This document shows positions 1 to 14,356 of a stretch of 64,000 bases of DNA, one piece after another; the first letter of the stretch is position 1, and each line of letters starts with the position of its first letter. A program made the translations under genes and the position numbers. Location of the stretch: NCBI GenBank assembly GCA_003344405.1, contig NOWV01000198.1, positions 62,001 to 126,000 on the forward strand, given 5' to 3'. The notes below the pieces were generated by a model. It saw only the letters and a list, made by a program, of their open reading frames with translations, had not been told where the DNA came from and did no database searches. The stretch comes from Trichoplax sp. H2. Lineage: Eukaryota.

Positions 1-120
1 ACTTGGATCCGTTTCCCGAATCATGAATGAGTGGCGCTTAGCATACTGGATCGACATAATTGAAATTTAGCAGATAGAGAGTTAATGTTTTAACTCTTTA
101 TTTTTATGTATTCTATTTAG

Positions 121-3100
121 AGTCACATTGAAGAAGGTTACAGCGGCCAGCGTAGTGCCGACCTTCGCCCATGAAAACAAAAAGCCAAGTGATCAGATTG
201 AAATGCAAACAATAAAGAAGGAAGATGAAAGTATGGAATTGACGTAGATATCGATTACGTATTAAACTTTTGCTTTCACTGTTTTTGAATACATAAAATA
301 AGACAGCAATATTTCCACGATATGGCATTTGTTTAAGAACTCTTATAAAATATAATGATTATATCGTATTTCAATTTCTGTTATAGAAACTGAGAATAAA
401 GCCGAGGAATGTGTTATTGGATGGCAAGAGAAACTGTATTGTAAGGTAAACTGAACGCCACATCATATAACTTTTTAATAAGATAAAAATATCGAACGGA
501 TAATGTTCATGGGTAATGGTATCGCTGAAATAAGTTATCAGCTAATGTTAAATCTCATTTAGAGGGAAACAGATTATTATGCTGATTCGGAAAACTGTAA
601 TAGCGTCCTGGATCACCTTTATCATAAGGAAGTTCTGTCGGTTAGGTAAGATATAACAGATTTTTCTCCATAAATTGATTAATCATTATTACTGAGCGTT
701 AAATTGTTAAAATGAGTTCTAATCCACTCTAAAGTAACGCTTTAAATTGATCAACGTTAGAAATAGCAGGACAAACAAAAGGTTGTTTAGTTATGTGGAT
801 CATGATAATTTTGCCGATGATGAGAATGTAAGTCAACTGATTCGATATAGGATAGAAATTTAATAGTAGAGCTCTTTAACTCTTACTAATGGAGTAATGG
901 AGTCATATGACATAAGCATGAGTTATGCTTCTAACTTGCAATGCACCTTTTACTTGAATTGAACTCAAGTTTACAGACCGTACTTCGATAGCTTGGATTA
1001 CTAATAATAGCAATTGCTGAATATTTATTACTATATTTTTTGTAGAACGACGATGATGAAACAATCTATGTCACTCCTGTTGCGAAACGCATTTCTAATT
1101 TAAGAAGAAGACGCTTAGCTAATAAATCAATGGGAGATAGAGCGTAAGAGATGACTATAAATACGAAAACCAAATTTTTTTAATTAAAAAAACTCTATCT
1201 AATGCAGTAATTCCTACGAATAAATATTAGAGACAAAGACGGCAACAAAGTGGCATTGCAGTTCAAGAACCCTATAAGCGACGATTCCTCTCGCACCTTA
1301 TCTAAATTAATTGTTCCAGAGCAAAGCATGTTCATAATGGCAGATTTAAGCAATGACGATAGGTTGCAAAGATAATTTATTATTGCCGTATACACATAAC
1401 CTTTGATTTACTGAGCATAATATTTTTTATTTATAAATAAATCAGAGAGCCAACTAAAGAGGACGAATACGTGCTATGTTCTGTTACGGTAATGAATTGG
1501 TAACTCTCTTTCTTCAAATACTTGTTTCACTATTAACGTTATTATTTGCCGCATATAGATTAATAGTAATGGATTAATTTCAATTAAACCGGATTTTAAT
1601 ACGTCAAATTCCTCATATCGTATAGTTACTAAATCAGAATATCAAGGTATTGTTGATGAAACATTATGTTTAATAATACTAATCGATTGAAAAATTCTCA
1701 AGCGTGTGATTGTCATTTTCCGCAGAGGTTTATGAATATCGTTTAGAACATTGTAGCAAACCAATGTCTAAAGTAGAAGAAGATAGGGAAAAGAAGGCAC
1801 TTAAAGAGGTTGTTAGCTCTCCACATATTAAACCAGATATGATATTGTATTCCTCATATATCAATGACTACATTATACCAATCTCATTCGTAGCTTGAAT
1901 TTTAATCTGATATATCAGATTTTAAATACTAAGACCTTGCACCTATTTAGTTATATCAAAGGCACGGGGCTTATCAAGCAAGTCTAATCGGTACAGAATT
2001 TGCAACACCGGTTAGTTACAAAATATTACTTACAATGCTTTTTTCTTCTAACAATTTGTCAATTTTAAGCAAATGTTAACATTTGATCGATATTAACTAA
2101 TAATTAGCCACCCTCTGGAACTTTAAGAGTAAACATCTTTGGAGAAATTAGTACGTTAATCAATTTACATGCATCTAAAGAATGATATTTTTCCGCGATT
2201 ATTAAATGTGAATTATCACAACTTTTCTGTAGATATGGCAAAGAATTTTGAATACAATGATATTTATATCCACTACTGTTTATATCTTACAACTGGTATG
2301 ATCACTGGAGCTATTTCACGCTACACGCATATAGACAGCTGCGGTTTAGCTAATTACTTACCTGCTGCTGTTGCTGTTGTTATAATTTAGAATGGAAAAC
2401 AAGAGACTCGGACGTAATTGCTGGCTTCACCCAAATTTCTAAGTGCAAAGGCGATAAAGTATGATAATTGCCCAGTAACCTTAATTTTATGTAATTTTAT
2501 CGGCTACTTTAATGCTAAAAATCAAGTAATTTTATACTTACAACATATGTCTATGACTTGTGGTAATTAAGGAAAAAACTGCTCATTTTGGGCATCCTTT
2601 CGAGTTTGAAATTACGTATGAGAAAGCAAATTTTAACCAAGGTATGTTCGGAATGTCTAGATGTATATATGCGCTTTCAAATGTATGTTCCATTCAATTT
2701 TTTAAGCATTCGTATTTTTTAAACACTATTAAACATCATATAGTTGGTGTATCAGAGTGGCCACAGTTATTCATAGAAGTAGTATCTTGCGATAGTTGGC
2801 AAAGATATCGTATAGAGGGATACGGTTATACCTTAATACCGCAAGCTCCAGGTATGATTAACTGTGATAAGTTGTAGTATAATACATTTGATAGTAGTAA
2901 GCTTATAATATGTTAATACAAATGTAAATTTACGCTTTAAGCGACAAGTAGACATGACAAACTGTGAGAAATCGTAGTACTATATGCATTATGCTGTAGT
3001 TATAAACTTAAAATTGTGTTAATATAACGATACAGGTAATTTAAGTGTTTAAAAACTAGCAAAAATCATCTTACCAATACATTATTATTATTATAACAGG

Positions 3101-3857
3101 TATGCATAAAATCGAGATTCAGACGTGGAGACCGGTGGCCCCCGATTTAGTTTCCGAAATGAGAAGATTTTTTATTGGTGGTGCACCTGAACTTAACGAT
3201 ATAACTTATGTTTCACATCCTGCAGGAAGTGATGTAATTATAGCAGCGTATTTTAATGATATAAAATATTAGATTTAATGCTTGAAAGGTATTAAAAGAC
3301 CAAAATTGTATTGTTGAACGATCTAGGGGCCATGTCTTAGCAAATATGGTTTAAAAACTGCTAGTTCGGGTAGCGTTACGGTCAAAATGAATGTACTGCA
3401 GCAATCGCAGTAAGAAAGCATGATTTTTATCTCAATAACCGTATTGATAACAACAAATTTGGAATTTCTACTTTTCAATAATGTATCGATCCTTATTTTA
3501 GATTCTTTGTGGATAAAACAAAGTCTCGTAAGAAGGTTGGAACGTTGCTTGATAAACTCGGGTTAGTTTTTTCGCTAAGTTACATTGTGATTATGCATTC
3601 AATAATGCCAGTAAAATCTGATAAAAATTTACTTAAGTAAACAAAGTTAATTCTGCTACATTTATTATTTCCTTTAGTGGCGAGGAGACGCAAGCAGCTT
3701 TGGCTAAAGTAATCGGTAATAACTATGAAAGCACTATAGTTCAGTGAAGATAATATTTACTTTTTATTTTTAATAATATTTATGTCCATTAGATGCCTTT
3801 CAAAAAGCGCGAAATCGTTTAAAGGCAGCACGAGGAGAATTAGATGGAATCTATTAG
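121..3857 (+). CDS. MKS1: Meckel syndrome type 1 protein (B9/C2-domain ciliary transition-zone protein); multi-exon, first exon lies left of the window
   Basis: Spliced GT-AG exons translate to VTLKKVT (121-230), ECVIGWQEKLY (387-445), QSMFIMADL, LRVNIFGEI, AHFGHPFEFE, WPQLFIEVVSCDSWQRYRIEGYGY, TWRPVAPDLVSEMRRFFIGGAPEL and AFQKARNRLKAAR, ending at TAG 3855-3857. These are collinear with MKS1 motifs as I recall them (IVIGWQEKLF, WQRYRVEGYG, LRRFFIGG). Confidence 0.92.
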
Positions 3858-4874
3858 TGATAATTAAGTACGGCCAATACCTCGTGTGTATTTTATCGGC
3901 AGTTTCCAGTTTTGGAGATTAAAATTTTTGAAGTCAAGATCTTGACATCCACTGAAGCCAAAGAAACGATAGCTGATATTGAAAATAGTAATGTACAGTT
4001 TCGTATATATATAGCTATAAATATTTACTAACTTATTTCATCTGTAAACTAGTTTGTTACTAGAGCTGCTTGGGATTACAAATTTTGAAACATTCTAATA
4101 GGCAGGTTGTAATTTCTAGAAAGAATAAACAATTTTATTTGTAACGGAATACCGTCTTTCGCTACAAATTCCTTTAACTGTAAATAAAACCTACGAACTG
4201 CAACTTATATTCATTTAGATATCATCCATTTCGCTTGCAAATAAAGGCGAAGCTGATATACGTATCTCATTGGGTTTATATACAATTTATATCCATAGTA
4301 GTTAGTAAACTATTACGTAAATTTATTTTAGTATCCTTTCATTTTATTTCTTGAATGAAATTTTGACCTCAATTACAAAATTTGCTATTTAAAATATTCT
4401 CAGTTTCACTTGCAACAGAGGTGAGGCAGTGCTGATGTACACAATAGCCTCATATTCGATTTCCGTCGTAGTTAGCAAGCTATCAGATAATTTTTTTAAT
4501 ATCCTTTAAAATTACTTCTAGGGTGTAATCTTACACTTACACATGTTATATTTCATCATTTTAATAGATTAATTATTAAAAGTTCTTGTATGGCGTATAC
4601 AATTATTCACCGCTACAATCAAAGAAACTATAAAATTTTTCCTCTTAACTTTCAGCTAGAATAGGGGTTTGTACGGTTGCGTCATAAAGTCGTTTTTGCA
4701 ACGATATTGAAGAGATCACTGATGTAGTCATTAGATATTAATTTAAGCCCTGGTTAAGGTGAATAATAAATATTCACATTATATGCTCTCGCTAATGTTC
4801 ACCCCTTAACTTATCAGAGGTAAAATAGCATTGATCATATTAAAAACAATCGTAAATCTAGTATTTTAATTCAA

Positions 4875-6673
4875 TTACCATGGGATATTGCTACCGTCAT
4901 AACCTAATAGTTTTCCGCTGTCACTTAAATTAAGATTTTCGATAACATTCATCATCCCTTTTATTGACTCTTCGACAAAGAGAGGTGCTTTTGGACCACC
5001 TAGATCAGTACGAACCCAGCCTGGATGCATTGTGATAGCGATAATATTTCTTGGAGCAAATTCAATAGCCATACTTTTTGTAGCCATGTTAAGTGCAGCC
5101 TGATGTAGAATGGATATAAAAATACAACCGAATTTAGAGTTATGATTACGTGGACCTACAGGTGAAATGCTTCATGTAAAAATTGTTAGTGTAGTAAAGC
5201 CAATGAAGGTATGCTTACTTTACTACATCTGTAAGGGTATAAGACTCCAGATTCAGCATTATTTGATTCGATAGAACCAAGGATACTAGACATATTCACA
5301 ACAACTGCAGGTAGAAAGATATCACGAGTACTTGATGGGTTTGATGCAGCTCTTAGTAATCTATAAAACGCCTGGAGAATAAAAGTTATAATCTATTAGC
5401 AGATTTTAAGTTAAATACCTCACTAAATAGTTATGAATGGTCAATCGAGGCGATTCCAATTGTATTGATGAATAACGCCGCCTACTTATACCTTAGTTAA
5501 CATGATAGGTGATGAAACATTAACATCCATAACTTTCATGAAATCGCTTCTGTTCACCGTTGGAATTGGTCCGCCATTTATTGATATTCCAGCGTTATTA
5601 ATAAGTAAATTTAGGCCATTACCACCGACTTTTTTGTTAACAACCTCAACAGCAGAATGGATATCTTGATCATTTTGAACATCTATGAAATAGTGGCGTA
5701 GCCAATAATTTAAGCTAGTAATCTGTTTGGCAAGTAGTATAGGAGGATGGATGTTTTATAACACTAATATGAAGTTATTCACCAGAATAATGGAGTTGTT
5801 TTTCATTAACGTATAGTAATTCTAATTATCAGGTCAACAATCACGCACTCATTACTAGTCGTTACTAAGAGGTAGCTTATGGACGAATTTTGTAGAGTAA
5901 TAATATATCATCAGCATAAGATCATACCTAGTTGTACAGTTTGAACTTTAGAATTTTCTTTAGCAATGGAGAGCAATTCCTACGACAGAGAAATCAATAA
6001 TACATCTTATGTACAGCTTGTAACCATTGCTGGGCATTTTATACAGTAGTATGAGACTACCCATAGTCGACCTCGGTTGAAGTGACAAGATATTTAATCT
6101 ATTTCCTAATTCATGCAATGTTTACAAACAACCAAGTTAAATGACAGATTGCAGCAATCTGCTACAGAGATTATAATAATTATTAATTCCTTGCAGTTTA
6201 ATGTCTCTAATTTGCTTATCGAGCCGCTATACATTCATTGCAGGTATTACAACGGTTCCGTAAGCATATCCTCAACCATTGCTAAAAACCTGTACAGCGC
6301 CATGGTTACACAATACTGTACAGTACAACTTTATTCCTCAGGCATTCTATCCGAGCGACAAGTTCATGTACAATATATTGCTGTACTACGAGTTTATTAC
6401 TGTAATATGCAGATTTCTACTTTCTATCCACATTCGTATACTGCATTATGTCACATCTTGATATTATCATTATTAAAGAGAACAAATCAATTCTCGATAC
6501 ATAGTCCTAGTTTACTACTGCCATTTCAATTAACAACTCACTTGAGCATCGTTTGGCTTGCGGCAAGCAGCAAAAACATGTCGATAGTTTTCATTTTTAG
6601 CCAACTCTTTGACAAACTGCAAGCCAAGACCTCGGTTCGATCCAGTTATAAAGACTGCTCTGTTGTACGCCAT
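4875..6673 (-). CDS. Classical short-chain dehydrogenase/reductase, C-factor/sniffer-like; 5 exons
   Basis: Exons ~6542-6673, 5928-5979, 5492-5683, 5219-5372, 4875-5099. They encode the Rossmann motif ITGSNRGLG, LINNAGI, VNMSSILGS, catalytic YRCSK(AALNM), HPGWVRTDLGG and a C-terminal IPW typical of the CsgA/sniffer subfamily. Confidence 0.9.
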
Positions 6674-8102
6674 ATCCTGCACATTCACAAATTAGAGCTG
6701 CAAGTATTAAATTCAAGTTTTAGCACGGATTACTCTTAGCCTTGATGACTTCTAGCTCATCTCATTTCAGCTCGATAGGGTAATGTTATCACGTCCTAGT
6801 CTCAAACTGGTGTCCAGTAGGCAATAAGTTTACTGTAGGCCCCCATACAGTCCATTTGCGTATGCTGGTAATCTCAACGATCCTTGATCCTGCGGCTTGC
6901 TCTTTTCACCATAGTAACTGACCCTTGACCACAAGGGTCAAGGAAGCCACAAAACTGTGTTACTACGTATCTTGTCTGGACAGGACTACATGTATTAGTT
7001 ACTATCGCAGTCCACGACTGTATGGAGTACTATATAGTCTTTCCGGACTTGGGCATCAATTGCAGAACACTATACTATTCCAAAAGCACCCCATATGCTC
7101 CATGGAATGAATTAACTGGAACTACTTAACAGTCTACTATTTCGTGATTATTTATAAGAGCATCGGAAATTGGGAAACAAATGCTAAGAAATTAGGCCAG
7201 ATGTCCGCCTGATTTATCGTACTTTAATCAGTAAATATAAAAATAATAGCAGTCTAGCACTGTACAGGATTAGGGATAAAAGACAAATGAGGATACTAAA
7301 AAGAGTCTAGAATCTATACTAGCCAGACTACATTACTGCAAGACAGTGGCTAATAGCTGCTTTTATGCATATACCCGTTTATTGATCTAGATTTTATGGA
7401 GGAAGAAATGAAATCTTCTATTCCTTCCAACGTACAGTATGACAAGAGTAGTGTAGGACCTGCCACTACTGTACTACTCTGAATGTGATGCCTTCATAAA
7501 ACAGCAAATAATAACAATTCTCACGCTCATGGACCAACAGGAATGGTGTATTATTTACTACTACTGTAAAAGAGAAAAGATGCAATCGTATACGTAATTT
7601 ACTAAAGTGTATAGACTAGTTTAAATAATTCTTGCTGCCTACATCACGTTCTTAAGGAAGTTCATCACAGATGAAAGTAAACGAATTTCATACATTATGA
7701 TACAGATCACAAAGACAGTAAAATTTTTGTAAACGAATAAAACGCAGAAGCAGTTAAAAAGTCGAGAAATTTAAGATACTCGTAACATTCTGTGTGGGAG
7801 TATACAAGACATACAATTTACAATAAAATTTTAATAACTCTTTTTCGTATTTACAGTGAAGGATACGGTACACAAGTATTTCGCCCAATTTACAGCATGG
7901 CAAAATTATTTAAATTTACACAAAGTAGCAATAGCTTCAATTAACTTAGGATTACGATTTACTGTAAAAGTTAATTAAAGATATGCCAATACCAACGCCA
8001 AATTTAGCGACCGGTCCAACGTTTATAGCTTTGATGTAATAAATCTTAATCTAGCGAGTTGTCAATGTAGATGTGTCTACGTAGTAAAGGGATGGTAACT
8101 TA

Positions 8103-11100
8103 CTAGCTGTCATTATCACTAGCCTTATTAGGTGAATCGACAGCTTTATTCGAGATTACGTCTTGTGGTACGTTTGTGCTTTCAGTTATTTCACTCTTAC
8201 TAGGGCACGAAGCAGTTTCGTTAAAACTAGCCGAACTTAATTCAGTTAGTTTTTGAGTTGATATAGGAAACGTTAGGGCTGAATAACGATAAGGTGAGTG
8301 AGAAGCTATATCTTCACTATTACTTAAGCCCCCTGCATTAAGCGGTATGACCGAAGTTGGCATAGTATTTGGAGGTGGGGATATTGGTTCCGTAGCTAAC
8401 GGAGAATCTTCATCGGATGTGATATCTTCTATACCGTCACCAGTCAATTTTGCCGCTTTAACTACATTTCTGCTATCGCTGCTAACTATGTCCATTTGTT
8501 CTACTTCTACTGAACTGTCAGATGATTGATCCTCTTCCGGTAAATTTTTCTCCTCTACCACGTCATCCTCGTTGTCTGAATTACATTTAGCTTCTATGAC
8601 GTCTTTGCTGCACGAATCTTCAGTAGCATCCTCTTGTGGATAGCTTGGCTCTACTGATTCTTCTTCTGCAGGGTCATCAACTACACACGCATTATTCGCA
8701 GATTCGTTACAGGGACGCTCTGAATCTTCACTAGTCCGCGATTCATAATAATATCTAGAAGTATTAGCATCAGTTCCGTCTAGACCGAGACTCATAAGTG
8801 CAGCTATCGCAACATTTTCTTTCGAGTCATTTTGGTTACATGCATTGGAATGACTAGCGAAAGGCGCTAATTCAGATTGGACAGTCTCGGAAGCTTGACT
8901 CTCATCTCCTTTTACGGGATCGTAGTCTTCCTGCTTTGAATCAGAACTAGCTACAGTTATGATTTCGCTTTGTTCCATAACATCGTCAGAGCTCCTTTGC
9001 ACTTCATCAGTTTCCATCGTTGACATACTATTATCCACTTCAACTTCATCCATTTTAGTCTCTTTGGTATCCGATACGGAAACCTGTGACGCCAGCTGAG
9101 TCTCGCTTGGCACTTCAACGGGTTCAGTCGCTGTTGTCGGAGCATCTAAATTCTCTTCCTTACCTTGGACTAACGATTCCATCTCAGAATTGGATGCGGT
9201 AACGCTAACATCTTCTGATTCATTTTCTTGATCGGCTGCTTCTAGTTTTGATGAAATCGTAGTTGTTGGAATATCTTCAGTTTTATCCAATGGATTGGTG
9301 TCTACTTGAATATCATGCTGGTCTTCCGGGTTGCTTACGACTGGAGCGTTCAAATTTGAATTATCTTTATTATTAGAATTAGCACTCTTTGCTTTATTTG
9401 TTACATTAGAGGTCTTATTGGATTTAGCATCACTTTGGCCACTTGTACGAGAAGATGTACGATGAGATCGATTGCTCTGACTGCCAGATTCATTTTTTGA
9501 TTGCTTAGAACTACCAGAAGAAGCGCCCTGCTGAAAAAGATATTATAAAAAGCAACTAACGTTAGAGAGGTACGAAAACGTAATTTATTTCAATAATTAT
9601 AATCGCTTACGAACCTTATCCATTTTACTTTGCAACACCAACGCTTCCAAATTATGCTTTTTCTTATAATTAAAATAGTAATTTTTACACTGGGCTTCTG
9701 TTTTTGTTATTACCATGCGAGAAATTTCAGACCACAGGCGACCATGAAGTTGTAGGCCTAAAGCGTAGCGCAGGTAAACAAAACAAGCTATAGCATATCA
9801 ATTGTATTAATAAAGAATAATTGTAACCTTAGTTTGCTAACCTTGCTTTGCGATTTCAATTTCGGCCTCGGTCCAACGTGGAGTTTCTAAATTCAAGACG
9901 TAGTAGGCAAGTAAAGATTGGATACCAAAATTAATGTAGAAGTAGTGAATGATTGAAAAGTTATTTATAAATTCAAACAGTTGCACACGAAATCTTACCG
10001 ACTCCTCGGTGGTGTTGCCCATCGGTACTCTTTTTGTCAGGATTACTATAGCAGAGCATGATCGCACAACCTGTTATCCATAAAATCATCTTAATTGTGA
10101 TATTACAGTACTTGTTAAATACCTTGATGAAGAGGATTCATCAATCTTCATAGTTTTGGCACTTTTCGGTAGATCTGTATCACCCCTTATTTGTATATCT
10201 GGATTCATAGGACTGTTGTCATTCATCTAAAAATTAATCGGTCAAACTATTACACAAGCATTGTGGCAAAAAAACGCAAGCTACACAAATGTTTCGAAAG
10301 ATAAGATATCCTCGAAACGCTTATAATACTGATGTTATTTAACTGCCTGTGCTATCTAGCTAAAATAATATTAATATGACGCATTGAATTACATCTTTCA
10401 ATTCTCTCTAAGTGAACTCAATAGATAGATTCTTATTCGCACTAATACTTACTGTTACTCTTCTTTTTCGTTTTCCAGTTCTATAATATTGCTTATAATT
10501 TACTTTTTTCTTTGTCATATAGTAAAAGTGAACACAGTCTTGGACTGACTATAGTTCAAATGGAGATATGATTGCAGTTATGAACCGATTTTTGATTCAA
10601 TCATACGAAACATATAAATGGACATTTGGAATCAAACGATAAGTTATTAAATACAATTATACCTTGTTATAAAAAAATGAAGCGATGGTGAAAAAATCCT
10701 TTGGATATAAAGCAAATCTATGAAAATGTTGTAAAAATTAAACACTCAGTTCGAATAATGCTTTAAACTAAACTTCAAAATACTGTAAGCTTACTTCTCA
10801 ACGAAGAGTTTCTTTTCTTCTTCAGTCCATATACTTTGAATTTTTCGTTGTAACTCAAAGGCTTTGATGTCAGTAATAAGGCCTTTTTCAAGGGTAAAGT
10901 AAATATATTATTTTCTTTAATCAAAGGATAACTTACTTTTTTGTTAAGCACTAATGCATTACTAACCATTATTATTTACGAATTTAACCATTTTATCATC
11001 GTCATCTAGCATCTGTGGAGGGTAAATGGCTAGATCTTTGACCTCATCGTGCTTTCGCTGTAACAAAAAAATGTATATGTATTACAACAGCAGTACAATG

Positions 11101-14100
11101 AAATCTGATGAACTCATTTCAACCAGCACCTCACAATATTCTGATGCTGTATCACCCCCATATTCCGGTTCGCCTCTAGCTGTATCCGAACGAGTGGCTG
11201 CGCCATAACTTCTGGTTCCAGCTCTGATAAGAAATTATTTAATTTATGCAAATGTTTAGACTAATCCTATAAACCTAAGGGTTATAATTTAATAATTATT
11301 ATATAGATGAACCTTGCAATTCTTTCTTGATACTCTCGATTTTTTTTAATATCTGGAAAAAATCGTTCATACAATTCCCTAGCTTTCGCCTCTCTATTCC
11401 TATGGTAACATGTTAATAAATCAGCGGTGTTGAGAATTTAGAGCATAGTCACAAACGCAACCTACTTCCGCTTTGGGTTATTTTCTGTTCGGCTAAGTTT
11501 TTTATCCCATAACGATTTCATTTTCTCAAAGTCCTTCCTTAACTGGATCATCTATGTAGACATCATATTTCTTGAGTTTACTTATCTCAAATAATACAAA
11601 GGTATCGCGCATAGGCATCACGTATTATAAAATTATCCTATTAGTGTTTTACCCTATCAAATTTGGTAGCTCTCCTTTCACTAATAAACCTCACCAGTTT
11701 AAAGTAGGTTTCTTCACGAAATCTTTAAAACGAAATTAAAAATGTGTAATTAATTTGTATATTTATTTATCGTTGTGCATTAATTTGCAAAGCACCTTTC
11801 TAGATTTTCATGAAAAATAGGCAAGTCCGAAGGTTCTCGATATAATGGTTCTGTCTTTGTGTACGTGTTATAATCTTTCAAGTCGTTATACGATTTTTGC
11901 GCTTTCGTCTACAAGAATTTCCGAATAATAGATGACAATCTGTTATGACATACAGACTGAAATTTTAATTCGCATTGCAACGCATTTAAAAGGCTATGTA
12001 TGAACAATTTACCCTATTATCAGAGTAGATAAGCTCAATAAGACTATTAGGCTTTTTTTCCTTTATTTTCTCAACCTTTTGTACGCTTTCAACAGTTACA
12101 CTAGATTCAGCTTCTAATCTTTCCTACATTGGAAACGTATTAACGGATAGATATTAGAACAAGTTTAATTTAAACGATGAACTTTCAAGTCATATCTAAA
12201 CCAATTACTCAACAGGATAAATTAATACGATTTGAAATGTAAAACAGCATGGCTGACTTTCATTTTACGCAATATTTTACGTAGTAATGTAATGTATTAT
12301 AAGTATTACTTAAATTCTTCTATATCTACTGAGATGAAAGTATACTCTTACAAGTATGCACGTATAATTTTCTTAAAGCTATCAGTTTCGAGTTTAATAG
12401 ATCCTTTATGTAATACCTGTTTTTTCAGAAGATCTCCTATTTCTTGCTCAATCTTAGTTATTTCCATATCAATACTATCTAGTGATTGCAATAAATCTTC
12501 CTTCATAGTTGAAGTTGGTCGCTGTTGGCTTTCTTGAACATCGGCTTTAACTTCATCTTTGTTTTCATCGTCAGAATCTGTTAAAGCAGATATACATCGC
12601 AGTATTAGTCGTCATCATAGCTCATCGGTTCTTTTCGTAGCGTTTTTATAGCGATTTTATATGATAAAAATTTTTCAAAATTAAACACAGAACTTTACCT
12701 GATGATGAAGACGGAGAAATCGCTTCGAACTCAGTATCTAAAGGGCGTTCATTCTAAATTTACAAATTACACACTTAAATATAAGCAACTTACAGCGTTT
12801 GATCATAAAGTTTTAGTTTATGTTGTAACATTTTATCATTGAAAGTTACCTCTGATTTTATTTTTACTGTAGGAGTAGGCAATTGATCATGTGGGATTGC
12901 GGATGATGTATGATGAAGAGTGAAACGTTTGGCAGGAGATGGAAACTTTGATGTTCTCGGAGAATGACTTTTGTTGGAATGATGATAGGTGGAAGACCTG
13001 CATTGTAGATTAAGATAATTATAATATATATGGTAATGATGATACATGTTAGGAGTATCTTAAAAGAAATTAAGGGATTAAATTAATATCTACAATGATT
13101 TGCAAGATAGATCGAATTATCCACCGCTTTAATGCAAAGGACAGATCAGGTGGTCATTAGAGCAGAATGTCTACCGCTAGTTCAACACACTAAATTCGAA
13201 ATATATGCTGTACTACCAGTTACATAAGCTCTCTTTGATTTACCTTTCTTTTCCGCTATTGTGACTATGAAACTCAGATAACAGGGACAATCTCTTAACT
13301 GTCTTGCCATTGTAAATTCGATCACTGGTATATAATGATAATAATGCAGCGAATAAAGAAGTTAATAAAAAAATAATTTAAACATGATATAATAACGGTA
13401 AAACAAATCGCTCCCGAGTATACATGACTATGATAATGTTTCACATCTGTTCTACTTCTACGAATAACTATGTTTTACTTTAAATTGTAGCTGATACTTG
13501 AGATAAGTGTATTGCCTAAGCAAGTTACCTCATAAGAAAAGTAAATAAGTAGGGTAACATTTTATTTGACGACATACTTGTAGTTAGAAGAGTCATGGCT
13601 GTCTCTGTTATTTTCCTTGGAGTACTGCCACTTAGGCGGTATACTGTTTCCTTCGCTTACCTAAAGATTGCATTTATTTAATACTGTAGGCTGAAGTATA
13701 ATTTCATCATGAAAATGGTTAAGCATATATTATATCCATTGATCGCTAAATACAAGTCAAACAACACTACAGTACTAGACATATGAGTCTTGCATGCACG
13801 GTTAAAGGACAGAAATAATCTCTGGACAATGGCATCAATACGAGCTAATAGCTTACGAAACTCAGGCTAATACATCTATATCCCTACATAACATGGTCTA
13901 TGAGTACAACAAGTAGCAATGACAGCATGGTAGTGGATGGTAAGTTGTGCAGGTAATTGATATTTTTTGTAGGTAGGTCAGGTATTCTGAAACCTTACAA
14001 GATATAATTTTAGATGACATTGTCACTATAATCACTCCAGTACGTCCAAAATATGGTATTAACGCCATCTTTAATTGCCTATGTTAGCTATTACGTTGCA

Positions 14101-14356
14101 TACGAAGGCTAGTACCTTTGCAAGAATAAGTTGTAACTGAAGACTATGTAAAATATCCTTTAACGATCGCTATGAAACATAACAAAACGGTCGTTACCTT
14201 CCAACATCGAGCGCAATCATTGACGATAAAAGCACTCATGCTAAATAGATTAATCGCCATTTTTAAACCCTTGAAACTATGACTAACCTGTTTAATGTCT
14301 GAACTTTGTTCATCCATGCTGCCTATAGGCGTTTCATTTTGAAATTTTGGATTCAT
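8103..14356 (-). CDS. NCOR: Nuclear receptor corepressor (NCoR/SMRT family): GPS2/TBL1-binding N-terminus, DAD-SANT1, SANT2, long acidic tail; ~21 exons, start codon uncertain
   Basis: Exons encode RLSLLSEF (~13243-13325), [58 protein letters not shown]1 [40 protein letters not shown], and SANT2 [16 protein letters not shown]. The final ~1.4 kb exon is the 8103..9353 ORF extended to ~9531. ATG 14356 is a best guess. Confidence 0.85.

Noticed and set aside
6630..6645. tRNA T-loop-like GGTTCGATCC
   Set aside because: It lies within SDR coding sequence with no cloverleaf; no tRNA or rRNA gene was seen anywhere in the window.
6113..6739. 208-aa plus-strand ORF as a gene
   Set aside because: It is antisense to SDR exon 1 and intron 1 and has no recognisable motif; part of it is translated pentamer sequence (YCTVQ).
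10393..10407. 15-nt in-frame micro-exon (RELKD) in NCOR
   Set aside because: AG/GT flanks are present, but it would need a 45-nt intron, shorter than others in this window; unsupported without reads.
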